A stretch of DNA of 64,000 bases from Vulcanimicrobiota bacterium (lineage in GTDB: Bacteria > Vulcanimicrobiota > Vulcanimicrobiia > Vulcanimicrobiales > Vulcanimicrobiaceae). The translations under genes were made by a program, and so were the position numbers. The notes below the pieces were generated by a model. It did no database searches, was not told the origin of the DNA, and saw only the letters and a list, made by a program, of their open reading frames with translations. The stretch lies in contig CAWCIZ010000002.1 in NCBI GenBank assembly GCA_963795855.1, positions 288,001 through 352,000 of the forward strand. Reading direction: 5' to 3'. Positions 31,900 through 41,335 of this stretch are shown here, in pieces; position 1 is the stretch's first letter, and the number at the start of each line of letters is the position of its first letter.

Positions 31900-33978
31900 G
31901 TGGCTGCATCCGCAACGCTGCGCGTCGGTATCGACGTCGGCGGAACGTTCACGGATCTCGTCGCCGTCGACGCGCGTTCCGGCGAGCGCATCGTCGTGAA
32001 GTGCGCCTCGACCCCGCGCGCTCCCGAGCAAGGCGTCCTCATGGCGCTCGACCTCCTGCTGGCGCGCTTCGAACCGGGGTCCGCGGGCATCGAGTACCTC
32101 GCGCACTCGACGACGATTGCGACTAACGCGCTGCTCGGTCAAATGCATCTCGAGCTTCCGCGCATCGCATTCGTTACGACCGCCGGCTTTCGCGACGTCA
32201 TCGAAATCGGCCGGCAGAACCGCAGCGAAGTGTACAACTTGTTCGTGACGCGTCCGAGGCCGCTCGTTTCGCGCGAGGACCGCTTGACGGTTCGCGAACG
32301 CATGGACTTCCACGGCAGCGTGCTCGTGCCGTTGGAGCAAGCCGAAATCGATCGCGTCGTTTCCGCGCTTCGCGAGCGGCGCTTCGACGCCGTCGCGATC
32401 GGTCTGCTGCACGCATATGCGAATGACGAGCACGAACGCCGCCTCGCGCACGCCATTGAAGCAGCGCTGCCCGGCGTCCCGGTGACGCGCTCGTCCGCCG
32501 TCGATCCGGAATACCGCGAATACGAACGTTTTTCCACCGCGGTGGTCAACGCTGCGCTGCTGCCGATCATTCGCCGATACGTGGACCGGCTGATCGTTGC
32601 GCTGCGCGAGCGCGGCATCGATGCCCCGCTTTTCGTCATGCAGAGCAACGGCGGCATGGCTTCGGCCGAACGTGCCGCGCTTCGCCCTGCGTCGATTATC
32701 GAAAGCGGACCTGCGAGCGGCGTCATCGCTGCCGCGGAACTCGCGAGATCGGCGGACGCGCGGCACGTGCTTTCGTTCGACATGGGCGGGACGACCGCAA
32801 AAGCCGGCACGATCGTCGACGGCGTGGTGCAGATCGCAATGGAATTCGAAGCGGCCGGATCGACGCACAGCGGACGCTCCGTAAAAGGCAGCGGTTATCC
32901 GGTGCGTTTTCCGTTCGTCGATCTCGCTGAGATCAGCGCGGGTGGAGGCACGATCGCACATGTCGACGGCGATTCGCTGCGCGTCGGACCGATTTCGGCG
33001 GGCGCGGATCCCGGGCCGGCCTGCTACGGCGCGAGCGATCGTGCAACCGTCACCGATGCCAACGTCGTGCTCGGCCGGCTCAACCAAAAAGCGCTCGTCG
33101 GCGGAACGTTTCCCATCGACGCGCGGCGCTCGTTTGAAGCGGTGGGCGCCCTTGCGGAACGTATCGGCCTCTCGACCCAGGAAACGGCGGCGGGCATCGT
33201 TCGAATCGTGGACGCGCAAATGGCCAAAGTGCTGCGCATCGTCACCGTCGAGCGCGGCTTGGATCCGCGCGACTTCACGATGGTCGCATTCGGCGGAAAC
33301 GGCCCGTTGCATGCCTGTGCGCTGGCCGACGAACTGGGAATGCGGCGCGTCATCGTGCCGGCGAATCCCGGCGTGTTTTCCGCGCTCGGACTGCTGGTCG
33401 CCGATCTGCGCGCGAGTTTCGTTCGGCCGATTCTGCGCGAAACGTCCGCGATGAACTACGCGCTGCTGCACACGCTGTTCGACGATCTGGAGGCACGCGC
33501 GCGGCAAGCGCTGCGCGAGCAGGGCGCGGCCGGCGAAAGGATCGCGTTCCGCCGCGAGTACGATGCGCGCTACCGCGGCCAGAGCTTCGAACTCGAGGTC
33601 GAGCACGCCGCGAGCATCGAGATCATCGTCGAACGCTTTCACGAAAAACACCGCCGCCGCTACGGTTACGCCGCCGACGAACCGGTCGAACTCGTGAATG
33701 CGCGATTGACGGCAACAGCGCCGGCCGGCGCGCACACGAACGGCGCTTCGTACGCCGCTTCCTCACCGCGGCGAGACGAGCTGCGCGCCGTCGAGGAACG
33801 CAGCGTATGGATCGACGGTGCGAAGGTGCAGACGCCGGTTTACGGTCGAGAAACGCTTCCGGCAGAGGCGACGATAACCGGCCCCGCGCTCGTCGAACAG
33901 TACGATTCGTGCACCTACGTGCCGCCGAAGTGGACGGCGAATACTCGCGGAGCGATGCTCGTGGTGGAACGCGCGTGA
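31900..33978 (+). CDS. Hydantoinase/5-oxoprolinase subunit A
   Basis: GIDVGGTFTD, EYERFST, MQSNGG, ESGPASG, DMGGTT, SAGADPGPACY. Confidence 0.95.
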   Translation: MAASATLRVGIDVGGTFTDLVAVDARSGERIVVKCASTPRAPEQGVLMALDLLLARFEPGSAGIEYLAHSTTIATNALLGQMHLELPRIAFVTTAGFRDVIEIGRQNRSEVYNLFVTRPRPLVSREDRLTVRERMDFHGSVLVPLEQAEIDRVVSALRERRFDAVAIGLLHAYANDEHERRLAHAIEAALPGVPVTRSSAVDPEYREYERFSTAVVNAALLPIIRRYVDRLIVALRERGIDAPLFVMQSNGGMASAERAALRPASIIESGPASGVIAAAELARSADARHVLSFDMGGTTAKAGTIVDGVVQIAMEFEAAGSTHSGRSVKGSGYPVRFPFVDLAEISAGGGTIAHVDGDSLRVGPISAGADPGPACYGASDRATVTDANVVLGRLNQKALVGGTFPIDARRSFEAVGALAERIGLSTQETAAGIVRIVDAQMAKVLRIVTVERGLDPRDFTMVAFGGNGPLHACALADELGMRRVIVPANPGVFSALGLLVADLRASFVRPILRETSAMNYALLHTLFDDLEARARQALREQGAAGERIAFRREYDARYRGQSFELEVEHAASIEIIVERFHEKHRRRYGYAADEPVELVNARLTATAPAGAHTNGASYAASSPRRDELRAVEERSVWIDGAKVQTPVYGRETLPAEATITGPALVEQYDSCTYVPPKWTANTRGAMLVVERA

Positions 33979-34367
33979 CGGACGCGCGCGCGGAACTCGT
34001 GGAATGGTCGCAAGGCGTCGTCAACGCGCACGTCGACGCAGCGAGCGAAGCGATCGCGGAGTTTTGCGAAAAGCCGGGCTCCGCGAAGCGGCTTCATCGC
34101 ACCAGAAAGCGTCTGGCACGGTTGCGTGCGGTGCTCGACGATCTCTCCGATGTGGCCGGCATAAGCGGCGTCTTTTCCGATCGCATCGCGCGTCTGCACA
34201 AGTGCGCCGGTAAAGTGCGCGATGCGGACGTACTGCTGCAGCGGGTCGAGCAGTACGGCGAAAAGGCCTTCGGCGCCGAACTCGAACAACTGCAGCGCGT
34301 GCGCAAGCGATTATGTAAACGCGCCAAACGCGCTCGGCGCAAGCTCGAACGCGAGGTCGCGGGATGA
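33975..34367 (+). CDS. CHAD domain, N-terminal half
   Basis: LHRTRKRLARLR and GKVRDADV; GTGA overlap with subunit A. Confidence 0.75.
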   Translation: MTDARAELVEWSQGVVNAHVDAASEAIAEFCEKPGSAKRLHRTRKRLARLRAVLDDLSDVAGISGVFSDRIARLHKCAGKVRDADVLLQRVEQYGEKAFGAELEQLQRVRKRLCKRAKRARRKLEREVAG

Positions 34368-34780
34368 CGAGCGCGCTTTCATCAGGCCGGGCCGAGCGCG
34401 GCATCGTGCGCGTTCATTTCGCAAGGGTTTTGAAGCGCGCGAGCGCGCTCGACCGCGGCGACGACGAAGCGCTGCACGCCTTTCGCTTGTGCTGCAAGCG
34501 GCTGCGTTTCGCGCTCGAGCGCCTCGACGATACGACGGGCCTCGAGCGGGCCCGCGCATTGCTCTCCGTTCTCACGGACGAACTGGGGTGGGCGCACGAC
34601 TGCGCGGAACTGGCGGCGTTCGCGGAAGATTGCGATGCGCCGCTCGTCGCCGCGCGCGCGCGGCGCGATGGCGATCGCTACGCTTTGCGCGCCCGGCGTT
34701 TGTGGCGGCACGCGTTTCGATCCGACGGCGAGTTCGCAGCGCTGGCTGCGTACGCCGGTTTTACGTGGAGCCCGTCATGA
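34364..34780 (+). CDS. CHAD domain, C-terminal half
   Basis: LHAFRLCCKRLRFALE and LGWAHD; ATGA overlaps on both sides. Confidence 0.75.
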   Translation: MTSALSSGRAERGIVRVHFARVLKRASALDRGDDEALHAFRLCCKRLRFALERLDDTTGLERARALLSVLTDELGWAHDCAELAAFAEDCDAPLVAARARRDGDRYALRARRLWRHAFRSDGEFAALAAYAGFTWSPS

Positions 34781-36378
34781 CGCTCGATCCGATATCCGCG
34801 GAAATCATCAAGGGCTCGCTGATCTACGCGAGCGAAGAGATGGGCATCGCGGTGCGCAACAGCGCGTATTCGCCGAACATCAAGGAACGGCTGGATCATT
34901 CGTGCGCGCTCTTCGATCGCGCCGGGCGGCTCATCGCGCAGGCCGAGCACATACCGGTGCACCTGGGCTCGCTGCCGTGGGGGCTGCGCGCGACGCTCGA
35001 CGTCATCGCGCGCGAGCACGGCGGCGTTCGCGAAGGCGAAATGTGGGTCGTGAACGATCCGTACGTTTCCGGCACGCACCTCAACGACGTCACGGTTATT
35101 CGTCCGATTTTTTTCTGCGGCGATCTCGTCGGGTTTGCCGCGAACAAAGCGCACCACACGGACGTCGGGGGCATGGTCCCGGGCTCGATGTCGGCAGATG
35201 CGCCGGATCTCTTTGCGGAAGGCTTGGTCGTGCCGCCGTCACGGCTGGTGGAAAACGATCGCGTCCTGGAGAGCACCGTCGCGCTGTTTCGAGCGAACTC
35301 GCGCACGCCCGAAGCGCGCAGCGGCGATCTTCGTGCGCAAACTGCCGGAAACCGGACGGGAGAACGGCGTCTGCTCGAAGTGTACGAACGCTTCGGACGA
35401 GATACGGTCGATGCCGCGGTGCAACGCCTGCTCGACGAAAGCGAGAGCAGCATGCGCGCCGCACTGGCAACGCTCGCGGACGGCGTCTACGAACAGCAGG
35501 ACGTGCTCGAAGATCGCGACGGGCGCGCGTCGATTCGTATCCGCTTACGTTTGACGCTTCGAGGCGGAACCGCGCATTTCGACTACGCCGGAACCGGTGC
35601 GCAGCTCTCGTTTCCGATGAACGCGGTGTACGGCGTAACGCTTTCAGGTGTGTACTACGCGCTTCGCGCCGTGACCGATCCGGCGATTCCCATGAACGAA
35701 GGCTGCTTTCGACCGGTGAGCGTCGACGTGCCGCCCGGAACGCTGCTCAATCCCCGGCGTCCGGCGCCCGTTTCCGGCGGTAACGTCGAGACCAGTACGC
35801 GCAACGCCGACGTCGTGCTCGCCGCCCTTGCGCAAGCCGCGCCGGATCGCGTTCCGGCGCAAAGCGGCGGAACGATGAGCAACGTGATGATCGGCGGAAC
35901 GCGCGGCGACGGCAGCACCTGGGCATTCTACGAAACGAACGGATGCGGCATGGGTGCGCGTCCGGGCATGGACGGCATCGACGGCATTCAGTGCCATATG
36001 ACGAACACGCTCAATACGCCGATCGAGGCGATCGAACGCGAGTTCCCGCTGCGTGTTGCGCGCTACGAACTCGCGAGCGGCACGGGCGGCGGCGGCCGGT
36101 ATCGCGGCGGCGACGGATTGATTCGCGCACTCACGCTGACCGAAGGCGACGCTCGCGTCTCACTGCTTGCGGAGCGGCATGCCGTCGCGCCGCGCGGCGC
36201 GCAAGGCGGAGGAGACGCCGCAACGGGGCGTCACGAACTCGTGGACGACACGGGAGCCGTTCAACGCTTACCGGCGAAAACGACGCGAGCGTTTGCCGTT
36301 GGCCAAACGCTCGTAATTCAGACGCCGGGTGGAGGCGGTTACGGAGAGGGAGTGGGCGAGGGCGACGGAGCCGGCTGA
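34777..36378 (+). CDS. Hydantoinase/5-oxoprolinase subunit B
   Basis: SPNIKERLDHSCA, HIPVHLGS, NDPY..GTHLND, HHTDVGG, NTPIE.IE, TPGGGGYG. Confidence 0.95.
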   Translation: MTLDPISAEIIKGSLIYASEEMGIAVRNSAYSPNIKERLDHSCALFDRAGRLIAQAEHIPVHLGSLPWGLRATLDVIAREHGGVREGEMWVVNDPYVSGTHLNDVTVIRPIFFCGDLVGFAANKAHHTDVGGMVPGSMSADAPDLFAEGLVVPPSRLVENDRVLESTVALFRANSRTPEARSGDLRAQTAGNRTGERRLLEVYERFGRDTVDAAVQRLLDESESSMRAALATLADGVYEQQDVLEDRDGRASIRIRLRLTLRGGTAHFDYAGTGAQLSFPMNAVYGVTLSGVYYALRAVTDPAIPMNEGCFRPVSVDVPPGTLLNPRRPAPVSGGNVETSTRNADVVLAALAQAAPDRVPAQSGGTMSNVMIGGTRGDGSTWAFYETNGCGMGARPGMDGIDGIQCHMTNTLNTPIEAIEREFPLRVARYELASGTGGGGRYRGGDGLIRALTLTEGDARVSLLAERHAVAPRGAQGGGDAATGRHELVDDTGAVQRLPAKTTRAFAVGQTLVIQTPGGGGYGEGVGEGDGAG

Positions 36379-37184
36379 CCCGGTGCGCGGCCGCCGCAAA
36401 GAACGACTGCCTGCACGACGCTCTTGGCTGCGTCCTGTTCGGTGGCTTCGATGTCCGCCTGATACGACGAGATCGAATTCTCGAACACGTTCAAGGGATT
36501 TGCGCCGATCAGGTTGTTGCTGTTCATGTATCGCGGATCCATCGCGCGCGACGGGTCGTTCTTGCTGTTTCCGACGCCTGCGTTCAGAACGTCCGAGGAC
36601 GGCGCGCTGGGAGCCGGATTGGGCGGCGTGGTGGCCGTGGACGTACTGTTGATCGCGGCGTCGTATTCGTGACCGGCGGCCTGCAGTTCGCCGAGCTGCT
36701 GCGTCTGCACGAAACCGCTGATGAGATCGAGCGCGCGTTTTTGCTGTTCGTTTACGGCATACAATTGCGCGCGCATCTGCAAAAGACGTTTGTCGTCGGA
36801 GGAGTGAACCGACCTGGGGAATGCATACGGGTTCGTCAGCAGTTTCTCGACGGCTTCCGTATTGTTCACGAGCGGTCCGATGAGATTCTCCAAATGCTCG
36901 ACCGACATGTCTTCCGCGGCTTTGTTTTGCCCCGTCGCTGAAGCGTGAACGTAATCGTGGAAGAACGGTTTGCTCGTCGCGATGAGATGATCCGTGTCGA
37001 GCACTTTGGCGATCGCCGGCGTAATCGCGCGGCGTAAGCCCGTGCACAGCGGCGAACTGTGAATGTGCGTGATGGTCTTGAGCGGCGTCGGCGCGGGCTT
37101 CGGAGCGGAAACTGCCGTCGCGGGACTCGCGCTCAGCGCAACAAGGGCGCCGATAGCGAGCGCGGCGGTGAGGCGTTGGAACAT
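36339..37184 (-). CDS. Secreted hypothetical helical protein
   Basis: Signal peptide, Pro-rich ends, two Cys; TATACT 7 nt upstream of the ATG. Confidence 0.7.
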   Translation of the reverse strand: MFQRLTAALAIGALVALSASPATAVSAPKPAPTPLKTITHIHSSPLCTGLRRAITPAIAKVLDTDHLIATSKPFFHDYVHASATGQNKAAEDMSVEHLENLIGPLVNNTEAVEKLLTNPYAFPRSVHSSDDKRLLQMRAQLYAVNEQQKRALDLISGFVQTQQLGELQAAGHEYDAAINSTSTATTPPNPAPSAPSSDVLNAGVGNSKNDPSRAMDPRYMNSNNLIGANPLNVFENSISSYQADIEATEQDAAKSVVQAVVLCGGRAPGQPAPSPSPTPSP

Positions 37185-37281
37185 CCCTAGTAGTATACGG
37201 GCCCGCCGCCCGGGTGCCTTTCCGACGACAGCGCGAGCGGGACGGAGCCGCCGGTCGGGTTGCCGTGCTGCCCGAGCACCA

Positions 37282-38049
37282 TTAGGGTGCGGCGGCGCCG
37301 TCGAGATTAGCGCGGGCCATCGTGCGCAGCGTCGCGGCGTCGAGCGTGCTACAGTGTCTCTCGCGCCCGCGGCCGTAATCGCAGATTTGGGCGCCGCGAA
37401 AATCCGCGCCGCGCAGATCCGCGCCCGAGAAGTCGCTGCAGCGCAGACGGCCGTAATGCACGGTGCCGCCGTCATCATCCTTCTCGTGCGTGCAGAGCGC
37501 CGCGCCCTCGAATTGCACGCCGCGTAGGTCGGCATTGTGGAAATCGTCGGCGATCAGCTGTGCGTCGCGCAGTTGCACGCCCGATAAATTCGAGTTGCTG
37601 AAGTTACTTCCGACCACTTCCACGCCATTTAGGTTCTTGCCGTGCAGGTCGACGCTCGTAATCGAGCATCCGGCGCAATGTGCCAGCAGCGCTCGTGCCT
37701 GATCGTCGGCCAAGCCCTGCAGATACGATCCGGAAAGGTCGCTGCCTGCTACACGAACGTTCTGCAACTGCGCACCGTCCAAATGCGCTCCGCGCAGCTG
37801 CACGCCGGCAAGCATGGCATTGCTCAGGTTCGCACCGCGCAAATCGGCATCGCGCAGATCTATTCCGGCCAGATGCGCGCCGGACAAATTCGCGTTGCGC
37901 AGGTTTGCGCCGCGCAGATCGCTGCCTGCCCAGGCAACGTTGCGCAGATCCTGCCCGTGAAGATCCATGCCGGCCATGGAGCAGCCTACGCAGTTAGCCG
38001 GTACGCCGTTTGCGGCGGCCAAGAGTATCGTGACCAGCAGTGCGATCAT
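37282..38049 (-). CDS. Secreted pentapeptide-repeat protein
   Basis: AAGGAG RBS, hydrophobic N-terminus, A(D/N)Lxx repeats, CxGC caps. Confidence 0.9.
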   Translation of the reverse strand: MIALLVTILLAAANGVPANCVGCSMAGMDLHGQDLRNVAWAGSDLRGANLRNANLSGAHLAGIDLRDADLRGANLSNAMLAGVQLRGAHLDGAQLQNVRVAGSDLSGSYLQGLADDQARALLAHCAGCSITSVDLHGKNLNGVEVVGSNFSNSNLSGVQLRDAQLIADDFHNADLRGVQFEGAALCTHEKDDDGGTVHYGRLRCSDFSGADLRGADFRGAQICDYGRGRERHCSTLDAATLRTMARANLDGAAAP

Positions 38050-38130
38050 CGCTTTTCTCCTTGAATGTGAACGCAGGAAACCGGGCCCGTGCAAACGCGG
38101 ACATTTTCAAATATGCGGAAGGTCCGTAGT

Positions 38131-40186
38131 CTAGTGGTCGGAGCCGCTCATTTTACTGCCGCTAATTCGCGCTTTCGACAGATCGACGTTACGCAAATCG
38201 ACGTTGCTGAAATCACAGCCGCTGATTTCGGTTCCGTCCAAACGCGCGCCGTCCAGCGTCGAAGAACTCAGGTCGACGCCTTCCAGCTTCGCTCCGGAGA
38301 GATCCGCGCCGCGCAAGTTCGCATGATTCAGATCGACGCCGGTAAGCGTGATGTTGCGCAGATCCTGTCCGCTGAGATCGGCGTGATTGAAGTCGCATCC
38401 CATGCGGCAGCCCCGAAGCAGTGCTCCGGCCTGCGAGGGCGTCAACGCGCCTGCGTCGACGTCGCACCCGACCATGAGCACGCCCTCGAAGTTCACGCCG
38501 TCGAGTCTGTGCGTGCGACAGATCGCATCCGGTCAGTTTCGCGTGCGAGAAGTTTGCTCCGCGCAAATCCGCTCGAGAGAAGTCCGCACCCTGCAGTACG
38601 GCGCCCGAGAAATCGGCGTTGCGCAGATTGGCGCCGCTGAAATCGGGTCCGCTCAGCCGTTGCCCGCGGAAGTTGTGTCCCGAAAGATTCTGCCGGCTGT
38701 AATCGCAACCTACGCAGTTGAAGTTGCCGCTGCCCATCGCGCCGAACGCGCCGGCCATCGCCTGCGAAATCGTTTTCGAGATGTTCTTGCCGAAATCCGG
38801 ACCGAGAGGGTAGTAGGCGGTGCGCGGCATCGGCGGAATCGTAACATGCTGTTCGGGCACGTCGACGTTTACCGCCGGAATGTGCACGGTGCGAGCCGGC
38901 ATGTGAATATGCTGCGCCGGGATCAGGATCGTGCGCGGCTTCGGAGCCGGCGACGGACTCCGCGCGGGTGCCGGCGTTGCTTGCGCAACGAGCACCTTCG
39001 GCTTAACCGGCGACACGCTCTCGTGCAACACGACGGTCTTGCGCTGCGCGCTTCGAGTTCCGGTTTGCACCAGCTCTTGCGGAAGCGTGAACGCGAACGA
39101 CGGAGCAATGGTCTGCAAGAGGAAGAACAGCACGATCAATGCAGCGACGACTGCCCCCGTCGGGCCGAACGAAACGCGCGTGCGAATATTTCGGCCCGCG
39201 CGCAGCAAACGTTCCACGCGTACCGAAAGACCGCGGCGCGTAAGGAAGACGCCGGGCGCAGCGAGCGGGCGGTGCGGCCACGCCGTCACTTCCGCCATTT
39301 TGGTCAAGCACGTTGCGTAGGGACGCACCTCTTTGGTTTGGTCGACGACCCAGTCGTCGCATGCGACTTCGCGTTCGAGATCGAGCTGCTGCGCGATGTA
39401 GAGGACCGCGGGATTGAAGAAAAACAGTGCTTGAACGAATCGCTGCAGGCCGTTCGTCCAATCGTCCGCACGGCGCAAATGCGCGAGTTCGTGTAAAATG
39501 ATCTGATCGACTTCGGTTTGCGTCAGCGTGTCGAGCAGATGCTTCGGAATCAGAATCATGGAATCGAACAAACCGACGGCGATCGGCACCTCGATGCTCT
39601 CGCACGTGCACAGGCGCACTTCGCGCTCGCCTTTATCGGCGCTCGACCAGCGTTCCAGACGCTCGCGGTATTCGACGGGCAAGGGGAGAGCGTCGCTCTT
39701 GAGGTGCTCCAGGCGCCACAGATTCACGGCCAAACGCACGAGCAGCAGCAGCGCGGCGACGCACCAGAAAACGAAGATCGCGAACGCGACGTATTCGGGC
39801 AATGCAAAATGCAGCCGTCCCGGCAAACGGAATGACGGCGCGGCGGGCGTCGCCGTTGCGGGGTTCGCCGATTCGCCCAGCACGAACTGCGTCGGGCGGG
39901 TCGCTTTCAGCGCAGGCTTCGAAGCCGCGTGCGCCGCGGTTACCGCCGGCTGCGACGCGGCGTGCTGAACGACGATCTGCGGGAGCGCCGTTCCGAGCGG
40001 AAGCAGCAGCGACGCCGCGAGCGCGACGCACCAAGCTGCATACCGCGTCGTCGCGTTGACGTTCGGCAGCACGCGGAGCACGAGCCCCACGAGCAGCGCT
40101 AAAACCGCCGCCTCCCAAAGACTATTGAAAAGCGTAACGACGACGATGCGCGCCGCTGGTTCCAGCGCGCTCAGCAGACCCGGCAT
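38131..40186 (-). CDS. BlaR1/MecR1-type M56 metallopeptidase with C-terminal pentapeptide repeats, frameshift near 38505
   Basis: TM helices, RYAAW, HELAH zinc motif, FFFNP, EREVACDD, final TM, Pro-rich linker, two CxxC-capped pentapeptide blocks. Confidence 0.9.
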
Positions 40187-40570
40187 TTAACGTTGCTCCT
40201 CGTACTTCTCGATGAGAGCTTTCAAGCGCTCGAGTTCCTCGTCGCTTGGGCGCTGCTCTTCAACTAGACGTAGCGCGAGCGCGGCGGATTTGTTTCCGAA
40301 AAAGCGTTGAACGAGCTGTCCGACGGCGGACTTGGCTGCGTCGTCGCGTTCGACGAGCGGTTCGTAAACGTACGCTCGGCCCTCTTCCTGATGGCACACG
40401 TAGCCTTTCTGCTCCAGAATGCGCATGGTAGTGAGCACCGTGTTGTACGCGAGCGGAGGCGGCGGGAGCGCCTCTGCAACTTCGCCGACGGTCGCGCGGC
40501 GTTTGCGCCACAGCACCTCCATCAAACGGAGTTCGGCTTCGGTAAGAGTTGAAGACTTTTTGCGGGCCAC
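40187..40570 (-). CDS. BlaI/MecI/CopY-family repressor
   Basis: LTEAELRLMEVLW, LAYNTVLT...LEQKGYV, GRAYVY.P, RFFG; GGAGG RBS and GTG start. Confidence 0.93.
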   Translation of the reverse strand: MARKKSSTLTEAELRLMEVLWRKRRATVGEVAEALPPPPLAYNTVLTTMRILEQKGYVCHQEEGRAYVYEPLVERDDAAKSAVGQLVQRFFGNKSAALALRLVEEQRPSDEELERLKALIEKYEEQR

Positions 40571-40586
40571 GAACACCTCCACGGTT

Positions 40587-40650
40587 GCTCTTAATTCTTT
40601 AGTAGACTATACGTCAAACAGGCAGGCGTGTCAACTAAGGATTTAAGAGC
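40587..40650 (-). promoter_or_regulatory. blaI promoter with two inverted operator copies
   Basis: TTGACA (40634-40629)-N17-TATAGT (40611-40606); 21-bp inverted copies at 40587-40607 and 40630-40650 (18/21 match) overlap the -10 and -35. Confidence 0.85.
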
Positions 40651-40659
40651 GTCGCGGAA

Positions 40660-40767
40660 TTAGATTCCAAGCAGCACGAGAACGAGCACGGAAGCAGCCA
40701 AACCGAGCGTGAGTAGGACACGGACGGCGTACTCAATGCGGCGACCCAGCACCCGAAGGGTTCCCAT
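40660..40767 (-). CDS. 35-aa single-TM small protein, probably leaderless
   Basis: MGTLRVLGRRIEYAVRVLLTLGLAASVLVLVLLGI*; TATGAT 6 nt before the ATG; below the ORF-track cutoff. Confidence 0.5.
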   Translation of the reverse strand: MGTLRVLGRRIEYAVRVLLTLGLAASVLVLVLLGI

Positions 40768-40831
40768 ACGCACATCATACCGAACGGCGCGCGCCGCGCC
40801 ATACCCTTTTGGCCCAAAGGCCGCGGCAAAT

Positions 40832-41332
40832 CTAGTACGCCAAATCCATGGAGTCGAGCTGGACCTTCTCCTCGCCGGTGATCACCATCGTGAGATCCAG
40901 CAAAATGATCAGGCGATCGCCTACTTTACCGACGCCTTGGATGTACTCCGTTCCCACGCCGGCGATCATGTCCGGCGCCGCTTCCACTTGTTCGACCGGA
41001 ATGTTGACCACCTCGGATACGCCGTCGACGATGATTCCGACCTTCTTCGCGCCGATTTCGGTGACGACGATACGCGTGCTCTTCGTGTGTTCGGCGCGCG
41101 CCATGGAAAAGCGCGTGCGCAAGTCAATGATCGGAATCAGCTGGCCGCGCAAATTTATGACGCCTTCCATGAAGCGCGGCGCACGCGGCACGTGCGTGAT
41201 CTCGACCATGCGGATGATCTCCTGCACTTGCGAGATGTCGACGCCGTACTCTTCATTTCCGAGGCGGAACGAAACCACTTGGACTCGTTCGCCGGACAAG
41301 TGTTGATTGTCGAGATGTTCTATTGTTGCCAT
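40832..41332 (-). CDS. cheW: Chemotaxis coupling protein CheW
   Basis: EEYGVDI..VQEI, GVINLRG.LIPIIDL, GIIVDGV. Confidence 0.95.
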   Translation of the reverse strand: MATIEHLDNQHLSGERVQVVSFRLGNEEYGVDISQVQEIIRMVEITHVPRAPRFMEGVINLRGQLIPIIDLRTRFSMARAEHTKSTRIVVTEIGAKKVGIIVDGVSEVVNIPVEQVEAAPDMIAGVGTEYIQGVGKVGDRLIILLDLTMVITGEEKVQLDSMDLAY

Positions 41333-41335
41333 GTC

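Noticed and set aside
16379..33735. Long alternative-frame ORFs (e.g. 16379-18229, 22827-26216, 31681-33735)
   Set aside because: Shadow ORFs typical of high-GC DNA; Arg-rich, without motifs, and overlapping well-supported genes
37282..38700. 15-bp periodic repeats as a CRISPR or tandem DNA array
   Set aside because: Explained by pentapeptide-repeat coding; no spacers or cas genes
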